This document shows, in pieces, positions 1 through 12,027 of a stretch of 64,000 nt of DNA; the stretch's first letter is position 1, and each line of letters begins with the position of its first letter. The DNA is taken from NCBI GenBank assembly GCA_021613535.1, contig CP075494.1, forward strand, positions 1,116,001 to 1,180,000, written 5' to 3'. The translations under genes were made by a program, and so were the position numbers. The stretch comes from Adineta vaga. Its lineage: Eukaryota > Animalia > Rotifera. Under the pieces are notes generated by a model. The model did no database searches. It was not told the DNA's origin and was given only the letters and a program-made list of their open reading frames with translations.

Positions 1-539
1 TAAAATGAAATTGTTTCGATTAAAATATAAATATCTAAAACGTAATACATATTAAAAACATACGAACAATTGAACGTCAATATAAATCAATAATTGTTAA
101 ATATATTGTGACAATTTATTAACAGATATTCTGGATAATTTAACATGAAATCGACATAGGATAAATAAAAGATAGTCGCATCTTTAGTTTGATTTTGAGA
201 ATAGATATTCAATGTTTTGCTTATAAATAATTATGAATGAAATTGAAGATAATCAAAACGTTTTATCTAATATTTATTAATTATTCTTTAAGATAAATTT
301 GAATATATGGATCTGATCAATAATAAACGATCCGCACCCAAACTCTCAAAATCTGAGAGATTCTCTCGTGAATACTTTTCTAGATTTTAATTATTATTAA
401 AAATATCCTTGAAAATTACCAGTAATAGTCTTATTAATCATCGCATTTCTTTATATTATTTGTTGATGTTCAGTTCAAATAATGTCTGTATAATTGAGAC
501 TTCCCAATTTGAACGTATTGAAATTATTTCGATAGTTTT

Positions 540-1070
540 GATACAACATAGATTCGGGAAAAAATATCAGCAAATAATCATATTTTCCATCAGAAAATGA
601 AATACTTCTTCTTCCTGCTACATCATTCAAAGTTCATATGGTCTTCATGTAATTCAATTAGAAAAAACACAATCTATTTCTACTTTTATATTCTCACTCA
701 GTACAGTTTGATCAGAGTAGAAACAAGTCAATTGCAGGTATAAGAAAACAATGATTTTACTCTTTCCTAATTTTTATCTATTTTCTATTCTAGACCATTA
801 TCAGAAGGACTTTCGTTTCTTGTCAATGTTCTTACAAATAATAATACGATTATAATAATCTTACTATTGCACATACTGGTATCACAGATGAAGGTATAAA
901 GCATCTCGTTCAAATGATCAAATATGGTCGAGCATTATCCTATCTCTTCTTATCTTATTGTAATTTCTCTCCGACAGGAAAAGAACGACTCAAAACAAAA
1001 ATTTTCATTCGAAATTCTTCAATTTTACAATTGACAATGAAAGATTTGAGAGTATGAATATCATATGACT
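540..1070 (+). pseudogene. Degraded ADP-ribosyltransferase (ART) + LRR gene fragment
   Basis: Manual translation gives GKNISK*SYFPSENEILLLPATSFKV..GLHVIQLEKTQ (ART ExE motif with a stop and a frameshift), then LRR-like AHTGITDEGIKHLVQMIK..LSYLFLSYCNFSPTGKERLK after an intron (gtataag..ttctag). Confidence 0.6.
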
Positions 1071-1250
1071 AATACGCACTCATATATTCAAGTTCAGAAT
1101 TCGTGCAGTGATGCTAGAGCGGATGAATGTTATTGAGTTTATTTTTATCCTTACAGACACCCACACCCTCTGATTTCGAATCGCCCAACTTAATACAATA
1201 CCTTTGCGATTAGCACGATCTATTATAGTTGTGTGAAATAGTTGAAAACA

Positions 1251-2399
1251 ATGAGTTCATTAAATGTTTATCTTGTGACTGGTGGTAAGCATTCGTTTTT
1301 CATTTATATTTTAACAAAACTGTACTATTTTTATTTTCGATATTGATAAGGAGCTGGCTTTATCGGAAGTCATCTAATTGATCGTTTAGTTGAACTTAAT
1401 ATTGGTAATGTTATTTTATTGGATAATTTCGATGATTATTAGTCACCTGATCTGAAACGAGCCAATGTTGAATGGCTTCAAGATCGTCATCAAATTCGTG
1501 TACTTGATGGTCGCTTTGCTATTATTCAAGGCAGTATCAATGATAAACAGCTCCTTACGAATATTTTCAATACCTATAATATCACACACATTGCTCATTT
1601 AGCAGTATATATAATTTATTTAACTAAATTTCATCAGTATAATAATATGCTGATCTTTTGATATTAGGCGCGTGCTCGAGTTCGATCATCGTCGTCTGAA
1701 ATAGATTGCTATATGAATGTCAACTGTGTGGGCACACAATTATTGCTCAGCTTCGCTGCATTGCATAATGTTAGATTGTTTGTTTTTGCTTCGACTTCAA
1801 GTGTTTACGGTCAAACAAGTACTGTTCCATTTGTTGAAACTGATTCCTGTGCAAAACCATTGTCACCTTACGCTGCGACAAAGCGATCAGGAGAAATTTT
1901 GGCGCATGTTTATCATAATTTGTATGGCTTAAATGTAACTATACTTCGTCTATTCAATGTCTATGGACCAGGTGGTCGACCTGACATGATGCCATTCAAG
2001 TTAATGCGTGCATGTATCGATCCTACATATGTTGTTGATGTATTTGATAATGGTGAAATCAAACGTGACTGGACATACATAGATGATGTGGTTCAAGCTT
2101 TTATGGCAGCACTCGAAGTACAATTTGGATACGGAATTTTCAATATTGGATGTGGAAATCCAATTGAATTATCCACATTTATTAAATATATCGAAGCATT
2201 ATCCAATAAACATATTGCAAAAAGTTGGATGGAATCATATCGAACAGAACCATCAATAACCTATTGTGACAATTCAAAAGCACGACGAATGTTCACTTTT
2301 TTACCCAAAACAAATGTACTTCATGGATTAGAAATGACTTGGAACTGGTTTCAAAAGTATTATGATCAGAATGATATCGATAATCTGAGTTCTTTATGA
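1251..2399 (+). pseudogene. UDP-glucuronate 4-epimerase-like extended SDR, 3 exons, premature stop
   Basis: Exons 1251-1284, 1351-1604 and 1668-2399 with GT-AG introns. Motifs TGGAGFIGSH, HLAAR(A)RVR, STSSVYG, YAATK, NVYGPGGRPDM and RDWTYIDD. In-frame TAG at 1440-1442 (DDY*SP) where the family has DDYYSP. Confidence 0.85.
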
Positions 2400-3508
2400 A
2401 CCGAGTCATCAATGGAAATAATTTATGATATTTTTGATTATTGAATTCTTTCTATAATTCTATACTTTTCGAATATTTAGAGTTTGAGAAAATTTAAAAT
2501 AGTATCATATTTATTCCAATAAAATAATCGATCTCATTTAAAAACTCTACCAAGCGATGTTTAGAATTTGTTTATCATATAAAAGAAGATATAAATGTAT
2601 TTGTTGTAGAGAAAATTACAATCCACAGATTTTCTTTCAAAATCTATCAGAATAAAATGAATTTTAATTGGTTCTAGTCAGTAGTATAATACTCGAAAAT
2701 TGAATACAACTATTCAGTTATTCAACGTATAGGAAGACGAGTCATCAGCTTTCGAGTATTACATATGTGTCGTTTTTACGGAAGATTCTGACTACATTTA
2801 CATAAATGTTTTAATCTACATTAGTGCATAATATTTTCAAGTTTCAGAAATTTCCAACTTATATTTGAATAATGGTACTTTCATGACTCAACAAATATTT
2901 TTTCGTAGCTGATTCATTTGGTTCTTTCTCTGATGATATCATGTACGATATGTATATCGTTTGGTTGTACATTCCATTGGTTTTTTTCTTTCTAATTCAT
3001 TGGAATAATCTCAGTTTTTGTGATGGATTCAAATACAGTACACTGTATCGTGATTCTTTATTTTCGTGATATTAAAAAAGATAGGCGAGTAAAAGAAGGG
3101 TCCTATTATAGTGTCATAGCTATGCAAAACGGTTGCATGTCAGATTAACAGTGATATTCTTCTCCTGTTTATTTTGTAGAATTCTTTTTGAAATTCTATA
3201 TTTTATCGGTCCGATGTTTGTTTCTCATGACTGTTTACATTTTTAGTTGAACTCTAGATAATCTATTGGATGGACGACAACAACATGAATATTCTTGTTA
3301 GTATAGGGAATTTGTCCTCTGTTAGTGAGAATAATAGTTTATTGTTCTAAATAGGATAAATTTCATAACTCAAAGAAAAGAAAAAAAAGTATTCTCCGTT
3401 AATGAATCATCCCTATGCTGTGATTAACTGAGAAAAGCCAATGAAAAACACTGAACAATTTTTCTTTTTTAAAAATAAATAATTTATTTTTGGATCATCA
3501 TTAAGAAC

Positions 3509-5132
3509 ATGAATTTTTCAATAGCTATCAAACAGGTGAGTAATTATTATAGGCAACTAAACTAAATAGGACTATGAGTAGATGAGGGTACAGCATTGAA
3601 TTTCAAACCTTGAATCTGCGATTATATTACTAATTGATTGATTTATAATAAATGTTTTAGCCGTTTGAGAAGATTCATCAATATTTCAACGAGGAACGAC
3701 CGCATTGGTTACATCCACTTGATCGAACTGAACGTAAATTCATCAAAATTACTCGTTCAGCATATGTTCATCACTTCCGTTCATTATGGCTAGCTGATTA
3801 TAAACCTCCATGGTTTTTCGATACAGATTGTGACGAACGACAAATATTAGTAAATGCTGGTCTAATGTATGGCGCAGGTGATTATGTTTTAGTTCCATCG
3901 TTATTATGGTTATGTCAAATCGACCAGGCACGTCTGTCAAATATATCATTATATGAATGTATTCAAGCGACAAACGGCTTTCGGTTCAATCTCTGGTATG
4001 GTCGCATGCATCCAGATTTCATGTCCTTACCTATCTTGCCTAAATCACTCGATGCAACCATTATTCTAAATGAATTAAAAACTGAAAATCATACTAATAT
4101 AAACGACAATATAATCAATGAACTGGATTCAACTAATTCATCTACGACGTCATCATCATCGGTCAAACCTTTATGTACCTTTCTCGATTTAGATCGTCAT
4201 GAAATCGATCATTTAAAAGATGTAGAAACATGCGTAAAAAATGGTTTATTGAAATTGGTAAATGTTCAACATTACAATTGGGACCAGTTCATTCTTTCTT
4301 TCATATTCCACCTCCAGATTCGCCAAAAAGTACACTACATCTACATTTAGTGGCAGGCGAAGAAGTCAAACTCGAACGTAAGCATGTTTTTTTTCGTGTT
4401 CCATTGTCTACTTTGTGTAATGGAGAACAACCTTCTTTCATCGTCGATATAACACGATGGAAAAATGAGCAACGTTCTGAATTAGTAGAATTAACAGAAA
4501 AATTGAGTAACAGTCCTCGTGTTTATGGTATTTCTGGCTGTACTGGATCAGGAAAATCTACACTAGCGAAAGCTATTAGCGAAAAATATAATGCTGAACT
4601 GGTACAACAAGATGATTTTCTGTTACCTGATGATCAACTTCCAAAATTAGCAGAAAACGAACTATCAATTCTTCCAGCTCGTTGGCCACAAAGAAAGAAT
4701 ATCGATCGTAGTCAACCGGCAGCTGTGAATTGGCAAAAATTGATTGATTATGTTCAATTATTGAAAGGTACGACAAGAAAAAGATTCATTTTAATGGAGG
4801 GTAGTCTGCTTTTAGCACAACAGAAAATACGTGATATGTTAGATCGAGTATTGTTTATCGAAGTTCATGAATCAGAGAAAAATATTATTATGCAGCGACG
4901 TATGGCACGTGTTCGACCAGGATGCTCATCCGAAGTACAAATGGGAGTGACAGAAGATGAATATTTACCATATTTTAATTTTGTATGGAATAAATATCAA
5001 TCGTATGGACAATCGTGTTTTCAAGCTTATCATCTCGATTATAAAGTATCAATTGAAGAGGCTTTAACAAAATTAAGTTCATGGTTTGTCGACAATATCA
5101 ATCAGGAACTTACGAAGTGTCAAATTCCTTAA
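3509..5132 (+). CDS. HIT (DcpS/aprataxin-like) domain fused to nicotinamide riboside kinase-like P-loop kinase; one -1 frameshift
   Basis: Exon 1 3509-3535, intron 3536-3660, exon 2 in frame with ORF 3865. An A6 run at 4236-4241 joins it to ORF 4230. Motifs FLDLDRHEIDHL..SFFHIPP..STLHLHLV, then GISGCTGSGKSTLAK..QQDDF..MEGSLL. Confidence 0.7.
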
Positions 5133-5554
5133 TTTTTCAATATAATCAATATTACTTAAAACTATCTCATAAAAATTTACTCTAATTTTATTAATATAAT
5201 TGTAAAAAAGATAATTAAATTTGTGTTTTTGTTTAAACCAGAAACCATCTTTCTATACTATATTAAAATTCAAAATAATCTGGATAAAATCTGAATGTAT
5301 ATATGAGCGAAAGAAGTTTGAAAGTTATCATAACGTCTAAATTATCTTATCAAATTTATTAAAAGCTAAAAGTTAAACTAAAAATCATCGAAAAGTCTAG
5401 CGTTCTTCAAGAAATTATATTATATAACATAAATGAAATAAATGAGAATAACATAAAGAAAGAAATCTTTTCGATCTTCAATAAAACAAAATATCACCAA
5501 GACAGAAATATACAAGATGTAATTGATAAATATATACGTGGAATAAAAATAGAA

Positions 5555-5603
5555 TTAAGGGTGGGTGAGAGTATATTCTTTTGACTCCCACCCACACCCT
5601 CTA
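5555..5603. repeat. Telomere-repeat palindrome (dispersed family)
   Basis: TTAAGGGTGGGTGAGAGT-spacer-ACTCCCACCCACACCCTCTA. Confidence 0.75.
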
Positions 5604-5680
5604 TTGATGATTATATAAACTACTGCGTGACTCGTAAAAATAAACGTGATTGATTTGATTGAAAAATTCGTTAAATAAAG

Positions 5681-6540
5681 ATGGGCAGTGGTGTTAGTTC
5701 TTCAGTTTATGTCGATATCAAAGAAAAAGAAAAATGTTTTTTATGGTGGTGATACTCCTCAAGGAACAATTCGTCTTTGTGTTAACAAAGGAACAATACA
5801 AGTTGGTGAAGTTGGTTATACAGCACTTAGAGGTCATAATAGTAACGAAGGTCGTTCATTTCATCAAACATTTTTAAACGAAATTTATCAATCAAACGAA
5901 GAAATGAATGTTTTTATGCGAGGTGAATATTGTTGGGTATTCGAAATTAAATTACCAGATAATTGTCTTCCATCACTTGGTCAACCACATCTCTATCCAA
6001 ATATTCGATATTATCTTCAAGGAATGATTGGTGGTCATGTTTTTGGACCAGAAAATAAACCACAACAAAGTTTTATTTGTTTCCACATATCAATATATCA
6101 AGTTTTCCAAATGCTTTAAAACGTCTCTTGTTTTGTCAAGGAAATGGAAAAGGTCTTGTTGTTAAAGGATTTATTCAGAAATCTGCATTTGTTCCTGGTG
6201 AAACAATTGAAGGAACAATAAAAATTGAAAATCCTGATTGTATAACAATAAACAAATTAGATATTCGATTTAGCGAGCTCAAATAACTTGTATAAATTTT
6301 AGAAAATATTCAGTAGCAATAGGTATTATGCCTGAAATAACACATTGGAAAGGAACAAATATCATTCAACCAATTCAATTTCTGATTCCATATACGCCGC
6401 TGACACCGTCTTTTTTATTAACCGGTTTTACTGCTGAATCACGTAAGGTAGCCAAGTCTTATTACCAATATATATTGGAACTGTTTCAGATGCGTTTACA
6501 TCGCAACATCCAACTAAACTTTTAGGAACATTGAATTATG
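5681..6540 (+). pseudogene. Alpha-arrestin domain gene, frameshifted
   Basis: MGSGVS start; FYGGDTPQGTIRL, GEYCWVFEIKLPDNCLPS, IRYYL, AFVPGETIEGTIKIEN and FLIPYTPLTPS are spread over 3-4 frames with stops. Confidence 0.75.
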
Positions 6541-7187
6541 AAGAAATCAGTTTCCATGAGAATGATTCATTTTAATGAACTAATTTGATACTTTTGCTTT
6601 TTTTTTCATTTATACGTAATAAAACTTTTTAAAATCTTCTCCTTGCTGTATATTTATTCTTAGCGAAATAACAATATCAAGTTTTCGTTTAGTATCTTTC
6701 TTATTTTATAAAATATTCACTGAGGAAAATGAACAATTATCGATCGCAGTCGTCAATTAATGGTTGGTATTCGACAAGATTATAGTGAAAAATATGAGAT
6801 TAAGAAAGATTTACAAAAACTAACAATAATTTATTCTGATATTTCATAGGACTTATTGCTACTAATTTAAACATTTATTTGTTGAAATTACAAATCCAAC
6901 TACATATCATATTCATATGAAGAAATTAAATTATTTTAATTTCTTTGTCAACATTTATTTCCAATGATAATCGAAGATCATTTGCACATTTTGATGGAAA
7001 AATACAATTAATTGTTTTTGACCTTTAATAGAAAATAGAATAAAAACTATATAACGAATTATGTCACAGAATTCTATATTTCAAATATGGTTATTATTGG
7101 CCTATAAGGTCAATTGAATATTAAACCGTTTTTATATAGAGAAAATATATTAATGCCTTTTATCTAATTCGCATGAATAAATATTAA

Positions 7188-7355
7188 TTAAAAGATTTCT
7201 GAAATATTCATTGTACAAGAATCATTGTTAATATACTTCTCTATGGTGTCAATGAGAATTGATGCAACAATACCTACGAGACCAGCTGACAGTCCAGCAC
7301 CAATCAATACTACTTTAACAGCTTGTTTGACGACTGTCACAACCATTTTGAGCAT
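7188..7355 (-). CDS. Putative 55-aa hydrophobic micropeptide
   Basis: ATG..TAA ORF below the track cutoff: MLKMVVTVVKQAVKVVLIGAGLSAGLVGIVASILIDTIEKYINNDSCTMNISEIF. It is more GC-rich than its flanks. Confidence 0.4.
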   Translation of the reverse strand: MLKMVVTVVKQAVKVVLIGAGLSAGLVGIVASILIDTIEKYINNDSCTMNISEIF

Positions 7356-8179
7356 TATCTACTAGTAGAATGTGTACATTATTAATTGCTTTTATCTTTT
7401 TTGTAATAAAAATCAACATTTAAATCCTTTTATTAGTGATGTCATTCGACTTTTTTTTCTTCTATTACATTCTTAACAAAATCCATTCAATATTCTTTTG
7501 TTTTTCTTCCGTATTTATTTTGATGGAGTCTTTGTAACACAAAATGTAAGTTCACAAAGTCTCTTCTATTCCTATTCTGACATACACGCTCAATTTTACG
7601 TTAGAGAATGGCTACATTTAATTTTGAGAGTGTGAATGAGTATTGTGTTTATTTGAAATTTACATCATTATCTAAATCATGTTCTAGCCCTAACTGACAG
7701 GTGAGACTTAATTGATCATAATAACGTATTTAAAAGATATACTTGAAAGGTGATGTGTATCTTTGTCAAAATATTATCTTTAAAACTAACAACTTCAATA
7801 AGAAAACACATACAAGACCTCAAAGATACAATAATGATAAGTATTCACCTATTTTCAAATTCATAAGTTCTATCTATTCTAATACATAGAACTTCCGAAA
7901 CAAAATAACATTATCATTTGATAATTATAATACTTATCTCAATAGTGTAAAAACATGACTTTTCTTCTATGAAACGCATTTATAGAATATATTAATAGTG
8001 TCATTAAAATTTTTAGCCTAAGATGAAAAGTACTTCTTTCTTGTAATCTACTGTTAGTATTAAAAAAAAGAGTCCATCGAGTTTTATTTCCTCATTTCTC
8101 TGAAGAACATAGTTACGTATTATCTATTGACACATCTTGAGACGCATTTTATTACAGTAAAATTTATTCTAACAAAATC

Positions 8180-9094
8180 ATGTCGAACAACAATTCATTT
8201 TCAATATCCATCGAATTATGGTTTATTCCATTGGATATTTTCATGATTATTTGTCTTATATTTGTTATTATACCAATTCTAATCTTTTTATTTATTATTC
8301 TATTTGATCGAACATGTCATACAATACCTATGATGCTTACTGCTAATTCATGCTTAGCACAATTTCTCTTAGCAAGTAATCTACTTTATATAAATGGATC
8401 AACATTATATAATGATTTATATAAAATTCCATATCAATATTCATATTGTATATTTTCCGGTTATCTAACCTATGTTGCTTGTGCAATACTTAATTATTCA
8501 TTTTTATTACAAGCATTTTATCGATATGTCACAGTTGTTTATCCAACACGTTTTTTTTGGCAAGGAAAAAAAAATCAAATATTTATCATTGGATTAACAT
8601 GGTTATTTACCTTTTTATTTCCATTGATATTTGTTTTTACTGGTCAGATTATTTATAATATTGACAATCAAATCTGTCAAATACCATTTCAACTTTCTAT
8701 TGCAATGTTATTTGCTGCATTTTGCGTTTATATTATTCCTATTGTATTAACTCTGATTATTTATTGGAAATTAGTTCATTATATTCATGAAATGAATCAA
8801 CGTACAATATCTGTCAATAGAATAATTCGTGCAAAACGAGAATTGAAAATGTTTCGTCGTACAATAATACTTTTATTAATCATATTTACTGTCGATTTTC
8901 CCTATGCATTATTTATGTTTATGTCATTTTTTAATCAAGCACCTAAATATCATTTTCGTATTGCTTATGTATTTGTTGAGATTGCCTTGGCATGTGTAAT
9001 GATTGCTTTATTTCAATTTACAGATCCATTGAAAAAATCGATTAAACAAAAATTACATTTACAATCACAGATTGCTATACCGGTATTGACTTGA
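8180..9094 (+). CDS. Class A (rhodopsin-like) 7TM GPCR, intronless
   Basis: 304 aa, 7 hydrophobic segments, QAFYRY (DRY-like), TM3 Cys, FPY in TM6. Confidence 0.85.
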   Translation: MSNNNSFSISIELWFIPLDIFMIICLIFVIIPILIFLFIILFDRTCHTIPMMLTANSCLAQFLLASNLLYINGSTLYNDLYKIPYQYSYCIFSGYLTYVACAILNYSFLLQAFYRYVTVVYPTRFFWQGKKNQIFIIGLTWLFTFLFPLIFVFTGQIIYNIDNQICQIPFQLSIAMLFAAFCVYIIPIVLTLIIYWKLVHYIHEMNQRTISVNRIIRAKRELKMFRRTIILLLIIFTVDFPYALFMFMSFFNQAPKYHFRIAYVFVEIALACVMIALFQFTDPLKKSIKQKLHLQSQIAIPVLT

Positions 9095-9374
9095 GAAAAC
9101 CGAAACAGTGTTATTTGAATAATTCTTGTGAATGGATCTAAGCACCTTGGCTTTACACTCATTCTCACCAAGACTTTTTTTCCATTTGAAAAGCAACAGT
9201 GTATATAATTGATATATAATTAAAGGCTAATCGTATTTTTCCTTCAGGCCACGATTAATAAAAAGATGTTTGAGTCAAATTTCCTCGCTTATTGTTAAAA
9301 ATAGTTGAAAACTAATTATTTTTAACGATATGATATTACGGTAATTTGCTTTTATAATCAATTATTTAAAAATC

Positions 9375-9560
9375 TTTTTAGTGTACTCAGAAAGTGAGTA
9401 CACTACTATAACCTGTATGCGTGTCCGTCCGTTCATACGATAACTCTTCACAACTACATTCCATTGAACTGAAACTTTGTGCAGATAATTGTCTCATCAA
9501 TATTTCGGTCGAGAGAAGAAGATGAGAATGATCTCTAAATAAATGGCTGACGTTTGTTTT
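9375..9560 (+). mobile_element. Helentron-associated (HINE/DINE-1-like) non-autonomous element 5' part
   Basis: T-tract, then a perfect 10-bp stem TAGTGTACTC/GAGTACACTA (9379-9405), then a GTCCGTCCGT microsatellite seed. This is the HINE layout; the 3' end is not resolved. Confidence 0.5.
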
Positions 9561-10239
9561 AAGAACCTTTAGACTGGTCCAGCGTTTTTTCCTTATATTA
9601 TTACACCAGAGGATGCATTTTCCACAGGCTCTCCAAATCTATCCTCATTTTCTGGAACATGTGGATAAGAGTGAACTTCTGGTTCAATTACGTAAAAGTT
9701 ACAATATTAAAATTGACTATGAATTTTCTTATTTCTCGTTTTCCGAACTTATGAGTCATTTAATGAATTATGGTCACTTAGAGGATTTTGTAGAGCAGAT
9801 TCTGAGCTATCGAATGGTACACAATATGATACGTCGTTTTAGAGTGCTCAACTTGGCGCTTCGATATCTCCATTACTAGGTCCATTTAATACCCTGATAT
9901 TTTGGTTTTTGTACATACCTACTATGACCTTTCCAACGACATATCAAACATCGAATTTCCAGAGCTATCTTCGGACAGCTCTGGTAAATTTGGTCCTTGC
10001 TATTAAAAAACGTCTCCTAATAAAAATTATTCGAATTTGTATTTTGATCGAGAAATTTTTATTGAAAATTCTTTTGAAATTAGTAAACTAAGAATAAAAG
10101 TTTTTACACAAAAAGGCTTTCTTAAATTTTATTTTCTCGTTTATTTTTCTTTTTTCAATTTATAAAGAAAATATTTCAAAAAAAGTTTAGTTTTTCTTTT
10201 TAAGAGAAATAAATGCGAGTTCTACATTTTTTTTCTCAA

Positions 10240-11215
10240 CACAATTCAACACTGTTGAGAAAATTGTTACCATTAAATCCACGAGCCACTAATATACTTT
10301 TCCATTTGATAATAGGGATGCTGTATGATCATATCGTGCAACACTGATATTTCCAGCCATTTTCCATTCTAAAAAAAGCAACGAAAAACTAAAAACTAAT
10401 TTGATTGTATTACAATGAATAATAATAAAATTTAATTTAATTCAACTTACGTTCTGAGTTAATGATCACATCAAATTTTTGAATTCGATTATTTTTTTGA
10501 TCAGAAACAAAAATATTTCCAAAAGTATCAAAATAAATATTTAATGGATAATTTATCACATCCAACTAAACAACGAAAACCATTGGAATTTTGTTGAATA
10601 ATTCTATGATTATAAGAATCAATAATAAATAAAATAACTCCGATAATCTAATGAAATTCCACTTGGACAATTAAGATCAAATGTTTGATTTAAAAGAATT
10701 GTTATTCCAGATGAGTTTTCACATTTAAATATTTGAATTCGGTTATTACCACAATCTACGACAAATAAACCTTGAGTAGTTTCATCAAGAAAAATTCCCC
10801 GAGGATTTCGAAGTGTTGTTGATATTGAATCAGGACTTCCTGTTCCTGCAACAATTAACAAATAATTCCAATCATTAATTAATGATTTACTAATAATTCG
10901 ATGTTGTTCAGATAATGAGCAATAAAGCGTTTTATCATCACTTACAAATGTATCAACAAAAAATTCATCTTGTGTTCTTATAGAAATAAACTTGATACAT
11001 TTGTTAAATTAATCGAAATGTTTTCTATTGAACTCAAATTTCCTTGAAGAAAAACAAGAATTTGTCCATTTGGAATATAAATTGTATTATTTTGATTAAT
11101 AAATAAATAAATCAAATAGATTTTGTCCAATGAGAGTTTCATTATAAATTGTTGTTCCATTTGGATTCTATGTCGAATCAGAATAAAGTATTGGTCGATT
11201 ATAAGAATAACCTTA
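10240..11215 (-). pseudogene. NHL-repeat (beta-propeller) gene remnant
   Basis: IVAGTGSPDSISTTLRNPRGIFLDE..LFVVDCGNNRIQIF, LNCPSGISLD and an N-terminal SYNRP motif; multiple frameshifts and stops. Confidence 0.75.
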
Positions 11216-11863
11216 ATTTAGGCAAAAAAACTTATTTTATTAAAATCTCCATGGACATAAAGTAAATGAGGAAGAGGCTCAATCTTCTTTAGAATCCAAT
11301 GAAATCGATTTTTGTTCGTTCCACAATTTTGAATCACGAACAAAATATTTTCTCTCAAAATACAACTCATTCAAAATTTGAATACAATAAAATATATATT
11401 TTCAACATCGAATATGAAATCCAAAATTCTTCAACTTTATACACAAGTTTTTATATAAAATGTTTGTTTATTAAAAAATAAAATTCATCAAGTAGAAATT
11501 TCTCCGATTTTTAGTTGTTAATACACCAAATATACAATTTATGATTTGATCAGAAAAGATATTTAATAAAAAAAACTGGTTTCTTTCTCGTGAATAAATT
11601 CTTTTCAACCAAATAAACACAGAAAAATGAGTGAACAAATATTTGAATTTGTCAAAATAGTCTTCTCTTTTTTTTGAAAATATTTGACTTTTAATTGATA
11701 ATTCGAACAAAAAAGAAATATTCTTAAATTTTAGTTTTTCTATAACATTTCATTATTAAATTAACCAATTATTAAATTTCGACTTTCACACATGAGTTGA
11801 TAGTATAAATCTTCGTGAATTTATTTCTAATAGAAACAAGTATGATTTTCACTGTTATTAAGT

Positions 11864-11916
11864 AAGAGTGTGGGTGAATAGAAAAAACCCACACCCACCC
11901 ACCCTACACCATCAAA
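11864..11916. repeat. Telomere-repeat palindrome (dispersed family)
   Basis: AAGAGTGTGGGTG-spacer-ACCCACACCCACCCACCCTACACCATCAAAA. Confidence 0.7.
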
Positions 11917-12027
11917 ATCTGCTAGAAGCACTATAGATACTTTTCAATTGTTTTATTTAAAATTGTATCAAGTCAAAATCTATGGTCTGTCAATATTCGT
12001 GTTCATTAAAAGTAAATAAACGAAGGA

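Noticed and set aside
6720-7130. Coding-like stretch (..NDNRRSFAHFDGKIQL..YGYYWP)
   Set aside because: Probably a decayed gene, but it has multiple stops and I cannot assign a family.
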